Shown here: positions 53,112 to 64,000 of the stretch, piece by piece
Layout: the number at the start of each line of letters is the position of its first letter
Numbering within the stretch: the stretch's first letter is position 1
Assembly: GCF_009914755.1 (NCBI RefSeq)
Contig: NC_060925.1
DNA length: 64,000 nt
Direction: 5' to 3' (one strand)
From: the human T2T-CHM13v2.0 reference genome, Homo sapiens
The notes under the pieces: model-generated
What the model was told of the DNA's origin: nothing
Database searches by the model: none
What the model saw: the letters and a program-made list of their open reading frames with translations, nothing else
Position numbers and translations under genes: made by a program

Positions 53112-56100
53112 GGAATCAAAAATAACCATCATCAATTGGTATTGAATGGAATTGTCATCAAATGGAATTCAAAGGAATCATCATCAAATGGAACCGAATG
53201 GAATCCTCATTGAATGGAAACGAAAGGGGTCATCATCTAATGGAATCGCATGGAATCATCATAAAATGGAATCGAATGGAATCAACATCAAATGGAATCA
53301 AATGGAATCATTGAACGGAATTGAAAGGAATCATCATCGAATGAATTGGATGCAATCATCGAATGGTCTCGAATGGAATCTTCTTCAAATGGAATGCAAT
53401 GGAATCATCGCATAGAATCGAATGGAATTATCATCGAATGGAATCGAATGGAATCAACATCAAACGGAAAAAAACGGAATTATCGAATGGAATCGAAGAG
53501 AATCATCGAATGGACCCGAATGGAATCATCTAATGGAATGGAATGGAATAATCCATGGACTCGAATGCAACCATCATCGAATGGAATCGAATGGAATCAT
53601 CGAATGGACTCGAATGGAATAATCATTGAACGGAATCGAATGGAATCATCATCGGATGGAAACGAATGGAATCATCATCGAATGGAAATGAAAGGAGTCA
53701 TCATCTAATGGAATTGCATGGAATCATCATAAAATGGAATCGAATGGAATCAACATCAAATGGAATCAAACGGAATCATTGAACGGAATTGAATGGAATC
53801 GTCATCGAATGAATTGAATGCAATCATCGAATGGTCTCGAATGGAATCATCTTCAAATGGAATGGAATGGAATCATCGCATAGAATCGAATGGAATTATC
53901 ATCGAATGCAATCGAATGGAATCAACATCAAACGGAAAAAAACGGAATTATCGAATGGAATCGAATAGAATCATCGAATGGACCCGAATCGAATCATCTA
54001 ATGGAATGGAATGGAATAATCCGTGGACTCGAATGCAATCATCATCGAATGTAATCGAATGGAATCATCCAATGGACTCGAATGGAATAATCATTGAACG
54101 GAATCGAATGGAATCATCATCGGATGGAAATGAATGGAATCATCATCGAATGGAATCGAATAGAATTATGGAATGAAATCCAGTGTGATCATCATCGAAT
54201 GGACCCGAATGGAATCATCATCCAACGGATGCTAATGGAATCAACATCGAATGAATCAAATGGAAACACCATCGAATTGAAACGAATGGAATTACCATGA
54301 AATTGAAATGGTTGGACTCATCATCGAATGGATTCGAATGGAATCATCGAATAAAATTGATTGAAATCATCATCGAATGGAATCGAATGGTATCATTGAA
54401 TGGAATCGAATGCAATCATCATCAGATAGAAATGAATGGAATCGTCATAGAATGGAATCGAATGGATTCATTGAATGGAATCAGATGGAATCATCGAATG
54501 GACTGGAATGGAATTATTGAATGGACACGAAAGAGATCATGATTGAATGGAATTGAATGGAATCATCGAATGGTCTCGATTGGAATCATTATCAAATGGA
54601 ATCGAATGGAATCACCGAATAGAATCGAATGGAACAATCATCGAATGGACTCAAATGGAATTATCCTCAAATGGAATGGAATGGAATTATCGAATGCAAT
54701 CGAATAGAATCATTGAATGGACTCGAATGGAATAATCATTGAACGGAATCGAATGGAATCATCATCGGATGGAAACGAATGGAATCATCATCGAATGGAA
54801 ATGAAAGGAGACATCATCTAATGGAATTGCATGGTATCATCATAAAATGGAATCGAATGGAATCAACATCAAATGGAATCAAATGGAATCATTGAACGGA
54901 ATTGAATGGAATCGTCATCGAATGAATTGAATGCAATCATCGAATGGTCTCGAATGGAATCATCTTCAAATGGAATGGAATGGAATCATCGCATAGAATC
55001 GAATGGAATTATCATCGAATGGAATCGAATGGAATCAACATCAAACGGAAAAAAACGGAATTATCGAATGGAATCGAAGAGAATCATCGAATGGACCCGA
55101 ATGGAATCATCTAATGGAATGGAATGGAATAATCCATGGACTCGAATGCAATCATCATCGAATGGAATCGAATGGAATCATCGAATGGACCCGAATGGAA
55201 TAATCATTGAATGGAATCGAATGGAATCATCATCGGATGGAAATGAAAGGAGTCATCATCTAATGGAATTGCATGGAATCATCATAAAATGGAATCGAAT
55301 GGAATCAACATCAAATGGAATCAAATGGAATCATTGAACGGAATTGAATGGAATCGTCATCGAATGAATTGAATGCAATCATCGAATGGTCTCGAATGGA
55401 ATCATCTTCAAATGGAATGGAATGGAATCATCGCATAGAATCGAATGGAATTATCATCGAATGGAATCGAATGGAATCAACATCAAACGGAAAAAAACGG
55501 AATTATCGAATGGAATCGAAGAGAATCATCGAATGGACCCGAATGGAATCATCTAATGGAATGGAATGGAATAATCCATGGACTCGAATGCAATCATCAT
55601 CGAATGGAATCGAATGGAATCATCCAATGGACTCGAATGGAATAATCATTGAACGGAATCGAATGGAATCATCATCGGATGGAAATGAATGGAATCATCA
55701 TCGAATGGAATCGAATAGAATTATGGAATGAAATCCAGTGTGATCATCATCGAATGGACCCGAATGGAATCATCATCCAACGGAAGCTAATGGAATCAAC
55801 ATCGAATGAATCAAATGGAAACACCATCGAATTGAAACGAATGGAATTACCATGAAATTGAAATGGATGGACTCATCATCGAATGGATTCGAATGGAATC
55901 ATCGAATAAAATTGATTGAAATCATCATCGAATGGAATCGAATGGTATCATTGAATGGAATCGAATGGAATCATCATCAGATGGAAATGAATGGAATCGT
56001 CATAGAATGGAATCGAATGGATTCATTGAATGGAATCAGATGGAATCATCGAATGGACTGGAATGGAATCATTGAATGGACTCGAAAGGGATCATGATTG

Positions 56101-56442
56101 AATGGAATTGAATGGAATCATCGAATGGTCTCGATTGGAATCATTATCAAATGGAATCGAATGGAATCACCGAATAGAATCGAATGGAACAATCATCGAA
56201 TGGACTCAACAGGAATTATCCTCAAATGGAATCGAATGGAATTATCGAATGCAATCGAATGGAATTATCGAATGCAATCGAATAGAATCATCGAATGGAC
56301 TCGAATGGAATCATCGAATGGAATGGAATGGAACAGTCAATGAACTCGAATGGAATCATCATTGAATGGAATCGAATGGAATCATCGAGTGGAATCGAAT
56401 GGAATTATGATCAAATGGAATCGAATGTAATCATCATCAAAT
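53112..56442 (+). repeat. 3,331 bp rearranged composite unit (fusion of two units lacking one landmark/EcoRI segment; four B-type sub-repeats)
   Basis: No AAAAATAACC/GAATTC segment between ~53170 and ~56443. B-type sub-repeats lie at 53325, 53793, 54906 and 55348. There is a 23 bp deletion plus a 640 bp jump at ~54670-54735 and a 26 bp deletion junction at ~55233-55252. Confidence 0.85.
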
Positions 56443-59400
56443 GGAATCAAAAATAACCATCATCAATTGGTATTGAATGGAATTGTCATCAAATGGAATT
56501 CAAAGGAATCATCATCAAATGGAACCGAATGGAATCCTCATTGAATGGAAATGAAAGGGGTCATCATCTAATGGAATCGCATGGAATCATCATCAAATGG
56601 AATCGAATGGAATCATCATCAAATGGAATCTAATGGAATCATTGAACAGAATTGAATGGAATCGTCATCGAATGAATTGAATGCAATCATCGAATGGTCT
56701 CGAATGGAATCATCTTCTAAAGGAAAGTAATGGAATCATCGCATAGAATCGAATGGAATTATCATCGAATGGAATCGAATGGTATCAACACCAAACGGAA
56801 AAAAACGGAATTATCGAATGGAATCGAAGAGAATCTTCGAACGGACCCGAATGGAATCATCTAATGGAATGGAATGGAATAATCCATGGACTCGAATGCA
56901 ATCATCATCGAATGGAATGGAATGGAATCATCGAATCGACTCGAATGGAATAATCATTGAACGGAATCGAATGGAATCATCATCGGATGGAAACGAATGG
57001 AATCATCATCGAATGGAAATGAAAGGAGTCATCATCTAATGGAATTGCATGGAATCATCATAAAATGGATTCGAATGGAATCAACATCAAATGGAATCAA
57101 ATGGAATCATTGAACGGAATTGAATGGAATCGTCATCGAATGAATTGAATGCAATCATCAAATGGTCTCGAATGGAATCATCTTCAAATGGAATGGAATG
57201 GAATCATCGCATAGAATCGAATGGAATTATCATCGAATGGAATCGAATGGAATCAACATCAAACGGAAAAAAACGGAATTATCGAATGGAATCGAAGAGA
57301 ATCATCGAATGGACCCGAATGGAATCATCTAATGGAATGGAATGGAATAATCCATGGACTCAAATGCAATCATCATCGAATGGAATCGAATGGAATGATC
57401 GAATGGACTCGAATGGAATCATCATTGAACGGAATCGAATGGAATCATCATCGGATGCAAATGAATGGAATCATCATCGAATGGAATCGAATAGAATTAT
57501 GGAATGAAATCCAGTGTGATCATCATCGAATGGACCCGAATGGAATCATCATCCAACGGAAGCTAATGGAATCAACATCGAATGAATCGAATGGAAACAC
57601 CATCGAATTGAAACGAATGGAATTATCATGAAATTGAAATGGATGGACTCATCATCGAATGGATTCGAATGGAATCATCGAATAAAATTGATTGAAATCA
57701 TCATCCAATGGAATCGAATGGTATCATTGAATGGAATCGAATGGAATCATCATCAGATGGAAATGAATGGAATCGTCATAGAATGGAATCGAATGGATTC
57801 ATTGAATGGAATCAGATGGAATCATGGAATGGACTGGAATGGAATCATTGAATGGACTCGAAAGGGATCATTATTGAATGGAATTGAATGGAATCATCGA
57901 ATGGTCTCGATTGGAATCATTTTCAAATGGAATCGAATGGAATCACCGAATAGAATCGAATGGAACAATCATCGAATGGACTCAAATGGAATTATCCTCC
58001 AATGGAATCGAATGGAATTATCGAATGCAATCGAATGGAATTATCGAATGCAATCGAATAGAATCATCGAATGGACTCGAATGGAATCATCGAATGGAAT
58101 GGAATGGAACAGTCAATGAACTCGAATGGAATCATCATTGAATGGAATCGAATGGAATCATCGAGTGGAATCGAATGGAATTATGATCAAATGGAATCGA
58201 ATGTAATCATCATCAAATGGAATCAAAAATAACCATCATCAATTGGTATTGAATGGAATTGTCATCAAATGGAATTCAAAGGAATCATCATCAAATGGAA
58301 CCGAATGGAATCCTCATTGAATGGAAATGAAAGGGGTCATCATCTAATGGAATCGCATGGAATCATCATCAAATGGAATCGAATGGAATCATCATCAAAT
58401 GGAATCTAATGGAATCATTGAACAGAATTGAATGGAATCGTCATTGAATGAATTGAATGCAATCATCGAATGGTCTCGAATGGAATCATCTTCTAATGGA
58501 AAGGAATGGAATCATCGCATAGAATCGAATGGAATTATCATCGAATGGAATCGAATGGTATCAACACCAAACGGAAAAAAACGGAATTATCGAATGGAAT
58601 CGAAGAGAATCTTCGAACGGACCCGAATGGAATCATCTAATGGAATGGAATGGAATAATCCATGGACTCGAATGCAATCATCATCGAATGGAATCAAATG
58701 GAATCATCGAATGGACTCGAATGGAATAATCATTGAACGGAATCGAATGGAATCATCATCGGATGGAAACGAATGGAATCATCATCGAATGGAAATGAAA
58801 GGAGTCATCATCTAATGGAATTGCATGGAATCATCATAAAATGGAATCGAATGGAATCAACATCAAATGGAATCAAACGGAATCATTGAACGGAATTGAA
58901 TGGAATCGTCATCGAATGAATTGAATGCAATCATCGAATGGTCTCGAATGGAATCATCTTCAAATGGAATGGAATGGAATCATCGCATAGAATCGAATGG
59001 AATTATCATCGAATGGAATCGAATGGAATCAACATCAAACGGAAAAAAACGGAATTATCGAATGGAATCGAAGAGAATCATCGAATGGACCCGAATGGAA
59101 TCATCTAATGGAATGGAATGGAATAATCCATGGACTCGAATGCAATCATCATCGAATGGAATCGAATGGAATCATCGAATGGACTCGAATGGAATAATCA
59201 TTGAACGGAATCGAATGGAATCATCATCGGATGGAAATGAATGGAATCATCATCGAAAGGAATCGAATAGAATTATGGAATGAAATCCAGTGTGATCATC
59301 ATCGAATGGACCCGAATGGAATCATCATCCAACGGAAGCTAATGGAATCAACATCGAATGAATCGAATGGAAACACCATCGAATTGAAACGAATGGAATT

Positions 59401-62400
59401 ATCATGAAATTGAAATGGATGGACTCATCATCGAATGGATTCGAATGGAATCATCGAATAAAATTGATTGAAATCATCATCGAATGGAATCGAATGGTAT
59501 CATTGAATGGAATCGAATGGAATCATCATCATATGGAAATGAATGGAATCGTCATAGAATGGAATCGAATGGATTCATTGAATGGAATCAGATGGAATCA
59601 TCGAATGGACTGGAATGGAATCATTGAATGGACTTGAAAGGGATCATTATTGAATGGAATTGAATGGAATCATCGAATGGTCTCGATTGGAATCATTATC
59701 AAATGGAATCGAATGGAATCACCGAATAGAATCGAATGGAACAATCATCGAATGGACTCAAATGGAATTATCCTCCAATGGAATCGAATGGAATTATCGA
59801 ATGCAATCGAATGGAATTATCAAATGCAATCGAATAGAATCATCGAATGGACTCGAATGGAATCATCGAATGGAATGGAATGGAACAGTCAATGAACTCG
59901 AATGGAATCATCATTGAATGGAATCGAATGGAATCATCGAGTGGAATCGAATGGAATTATGATCAAATGGAATCGAATGTAATCATCATCAAATGGAATC
60001 AAAAATAACCATCATCAATTGGTATTGAATGGAATTGTCATCAAATGGAATTCAAAGGAATCATCATCAAATGGAACCGAATGGAATCCTCATTGAATGG
60101 AAATGTAAGGGGTCATCATCTAATGGAATCACATGGAATCATCATCAAATGGAATCGAATGGAATCATCATCAAATGGAATCTAATGGAATCATTGAACA
60201 GAATTGAATGGAATGGTCATCGAATGAATTGAATGCAATCATCGAATGGTCTCGAATGGAATCATCTTCTAATGGAAAGGAATGGAATCATCGCATAGAA
60301 TCGAATGGAATTATCATCGAATGGAATCGAATGGTATCAACACCAAACGGAAAAAAACGGAATTATCGAATGGAATCGAAGAGAATCTTCGAACGGACCC
60401 GAATGGAATCATCTAATGGAATGGAATGGAATAATCCATGGACTCGAATGCAATCATCATCGAATGGAATCGAATGGAATCATCGAATGGACTCGAATGG
60501 AATAATCATTGAACGGAATCGATTGGAATCATCATCGGATGGAAACGAATGGAATCATCATCGAATGGAAATGAAAGGAGTCATCATCTAATGGAATTGC
60601 ATGGAATCATCATAAAATGGAATCGAATGGAATCAACATCAAATGGAATCAAATGGAATCATTGAACGGAATTGAATGGAATCGTCATCGAATGAATTGA
60701 CTGCAATCATCGAATGGTCTCGAATGGAATCATCTTCAAATGGAATGGAATGGAATCATCGCATAGAATCGAATGGAATTATCATCGAATGGAATCGAAT
60801 GGAATCAACATCAAACGGAAAAAAACAGAATTATCGTATGGAATCGAAGAGAATCATCGAATGGACCCGAATGGAATCATCTAATGGAATGGAATGGAAT
60901 AATCCATGGACTCGAATGCAATCATCATCGAATGGAATCGAATGGAATCATCGAATGGACTCGAATGGAATAATCATTGAACGGAATCGAATGGAATCAT
61001 CATCGGATGGAAATGAATGGAATCATCATCGAATGGAATCGAATAGAATTATGGAATGAAATCCAGTGTGATCATCATCGAATGGACCCGAATGGAATCA
61101 TCATCCAACGGAAGCTAATGGAATCAACATCGAATGAATCGAATGGAAACACCATCGAATTGAAACGTATGGAATTATCATGAAATTGAAATGGATGGAC
61201 TCATCATCGAATGGATTCGAATGGAATCATCGAATAAAATTGATTGAAATCATCATCCAATGGAATCGAATGGTATCATTGAATGGAATCGAATGGAATC
61301 ATCATCAGATGGAAATGAATGGAATCGTCATAAAATGGAATCGAATGGATTCATTGAATGGAATCAGATGGAATCATCGAATGGACTGGAATGGAATCAT
61401 TGAATGGACTCGAAAGGGATCATTATTGAATGGAATTGAATGGAATCATCCAATGGTCTCGATTGGAATCATTATCAAATGGAATCGAATGGAATCACCG
61501 AATAGAATCGAATGGAACAATCATCGAATGGACTCAAATGGAATTATCCTCCAATGGAATCGAATGGAATTATCGAATGCAATCGAATGGAATTATCGAA
61601 TGCAATCGAATAGAATCATCGAATGGACTCGAATGGAATCATCGAATGGAATGGAATGGAACAGTCAATGAACTCGAATGGAATCATCATTGAATGGAAT
61701 CGAATGGAATCATCGAGTGGAATCGAATGGAATTATGATCAAATGGAATCGAATGTAATCATCATCAAATGGAATCAAAAATAACCATCATCAATTGGTA
61801 TTGAATGGAATTGTCGTCAAATGGAATTCAAAGGAATCATCATCAAATGGAACCGAATGGAATCCTCATTGAATGGAAATGAAAGGGGTCATCATCTAAT
61901 GGAATCGCATGGAATCATCATCAAATGGAATCGAATGGAATCATCATCAAATGGAATCTAATGGAATCATTGAACAGAATTGAATGGAATCGTCATCGAA
62001 TGAATTGAATGCAATCATCGAATGGTCTCGAATGCAATCATCTTCTAATGGAAAGGAATGGAATCATCGAATAGAATCGAATGGAATTATCATCGAATGG
62101 AATCGAATGGTATCAACACCAAACGGAAAAAAACGGAATTATCGAATGGAATCGAAGAGAATCATCGAACGGACCCGAATGGAATCATCTAATGGAATGG
62201 AATGGAATAATCCATGGACTCGAATGCAATCATCATCGAATGGAATCGAATGGAATCATCGAATGGACTCGAATGGAATAATCATTGAACGGAATCGATT
62301 GGAATCATCATCAGATGGAAACGAATGGAATCATCATCGAATGGAAATGAAAGGAGTCATCATCTAATGGAATTGCATGGAATCATCATAAAATGGAATC

Positions 62401-64000
62401 GAATGGAATCAACATCAAATGGAATCAAATGGAATCATTGAACGGAATTGAATGGAATCGTCATCGAATGAATTGACTGCAATCATCGAATGGTCTCGAA
62501 TGGAATCATCTTCAAATGGAATGGAATGGAATCATCGCATAGAATCGAATGGAATTATCATCAAATGGAATCGAATGGAATCAACATCAAACGGAAAAAA
62601 ACAGAATTATCGTATGGAATCGAATAGAATCATCGAATGGACCTGAATGGAATCATCTAATGGAATGGAATGGAATAATCCATGGACTCGAATGCAATCA
62701 TCATCGAATGGAATCGAATGGAATCATCGAATGGACTCGAATGGAATAATCATTGAACGGAATCGAATGGAATCATCATCGGATGGAAATGAATGGAATC
62801 ATCATCGAGTGGAATCGAATAGAATTATGGAATGAAATCCAGTGTGATCATCATCGAATGGACCCGAATGGAATCATCATCCAACGGAAGCTAATGGAAT
62901 CAACATCGAATGAATCGAATGGAAACACCATCGAATTGAAACGAATGGAATTATCATGAAATTGAAATGGATGGACTCATCATCGAATGGATTCGAATGG
63001 AATCATCGAATAAAATTGATTGAAATCATCATCCAATGGAATCGAATGGTATCATTGAATGGAATCGAATGGAATCATCATCAGATGGAAATGAATGGAA
63101 TCGTCATAGAATGGAATCGAATGGATTCATTGAATGGAATCAGATGGAATCATCGAATGGACTGGAATGGAATCATTGAATGGACTCGAAAGGGATCATT
63201 ATTGAATGGAATTGAATGGAATCATCGAATGGTCTCGATTGGAATCATTATCAAATGGAATCGAATGGAATCACCGAACAGAATCGAATGGAACAATCAT
63301 CGAATGGACTCAAATGGAATTATCCTCCAATGGAATCGAATGGAATTATCGAATGCAATCGAATGGAATTATCGAATGCAATCGAATAGAATCATCGAAT
63401 GGACTCGAATGGAATCATCGAATGGAATGGAATGGAACAGTCAATGAACTCGAATGGAATCATCATTGAATGGAATCGAATGGAATCATCGAGTGGAATC
63501 GAATGGAATTATGATCAAATGGAATCGAATGTAATCATCATCAAATGGAATCAAAAATAACCATCATCAATTGGTATTGAATGGAATTGTCATCAAATGG
63601 AATTCAAAGGAATCATCATCAAATGGAACCGAATGGAATCCTCATTGAATGGAAATGAAAGGGGTCATCATCTAATGGAATCGCATGGAATCATCATCAA
63701 ATGGAATCGAATGGAATCATCATCAAATGGAATCTAATGGAATCATTGAACAGAATTGAATGGAATCGTCATCGAATGAATTGAATGCAATCATCGAATG
63801 GTCTCGAATGGAATCATCTTCTAATGGAAAGGAATGGAATCATCGCATAGAATCGAATGGAATTATCATCGAATGGAATCGAATGCTATCAACACCAAAC
63901 GGAAAAAAACGGAATTATCGAATGGAATCGAAGAGAATCTTCGAACGGACCCGAATGGAATCATCTAATGGAATGGAATGGAATAATCCATGGACTCGAA
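56443..64000 (+). repeat. Four regular 1,776 bp units plus a partial fifth
   Basis: Landmarks at 56443, 58219, 59995, 61771 and 63547, each 1776 apart. Confidence 0.93.

Larger units (their letters stand above)
1..64000 (+). repeat. Human satellite II (HSat2/HSATII) tandem array, ~1.77 kb higher-order unit type (probably the chr1q12 pericentromeric HSat2A block)
   Basis: Entire window is diverged (GGAAT)n with dominant GAATGGAATC and ATCATCGAATG motifs and abundant TCGA, typical of HSat2 rather than simple HSat3. The landmark GGAATCAAAAATAACC recurs at 1, 1777, 3085, 4861 ... 61771, 63547. The modal period is 1776 bp with an EcoRI site (GAATTC, e.g. 54-59) 53 bp into each unit. The GGAAT strand is on + throughout. 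Confidence 0.96.

Noticed and set aside
214-63469. About 200 short + strand ORFs (MESSSNELNAIIEW..., MKLKWMDSSSNGFEW..., 61-163 aa)
   Set aside because: These are low-complexity W/N/E/S/I/M-rich translations forced by GGAAT periodicity. They overlap in several frames, repeat with the satellite period, and are freely broken or fused by substitutions and indels. There is no sign of coding constraint or a recognisable domain.
1-64000. CRISPR-like repeat/spacer appearance or a prokaryotic repeat system
   Set aside because: There are no unique spacers, no constant-length direct repeat, no leader and no cas-like ORFs. All intervening sequence is itself GGAAT-derived.
1-64000. Possible inversion, transposon insertion (Alu/L1) or unique island within the array
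   Set aside because: Reading through the window I saw no CATTC-strand switch, poly-A tail, target-site duplication or non-satellite sequence. All unit-length differences are accounted for by internal deletions and duplications.
1-64000. Assignment as HSat3 (e.g. DYZ1 or chr9 satellite III) or alpha satellite
   Set aside because: There are no long pure (GGAAT)n runs, no ~3.5 kb DYZ1 basic period and no 171 bp monomer. The ATCATCGAATG-rich composition and 1.77 kb EcoRI period fit HSat2.

Overview
The whole 64 kb window is one uninterrupted, single-orientation array of GGAAT/CATTC-derived classical satellite DNA. Its CpG-rich (GAATGGAATC / ATCATCGAATG) pattern identifies it as human satellite II (HSat2/HSATII). 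The basic higher-order unit is 1,776 bp with one EcoRI site, which matches the known ~1.77 kb HSat2 repeat of the chromosome 1q12 pericentromeric block (pUC1.77/D1Z1-type; the chromosome assignment is inference). No genes, RNA genes, transposons or unique sequence are visible, and all listed ORFs are translation artefacts of the repeat. Using GGAATCAAAAATAACC as a landmark there are 38 unit starts and 37 complete intervals: 18x1776, 3x1922, 2x1308, 4x1063, 1x1037, 4x1766, and one each of 1773, 2218, 1771, 1750 and 3331 bp. The interesting content is the array's internal evolutionary record: a 468 bp internal duplication that mediates unequal exchanges, nested super-repeats (3,698 bp x3, 4,615 bp x2, a ~2,839 bp dimer, a block repeated at 5,308 bp offset), apparent gene-conversion tracts, and a locally rearranged and more mutated zone at about 53-56 kb. 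I did not find evidence for a new gene-based biological system.
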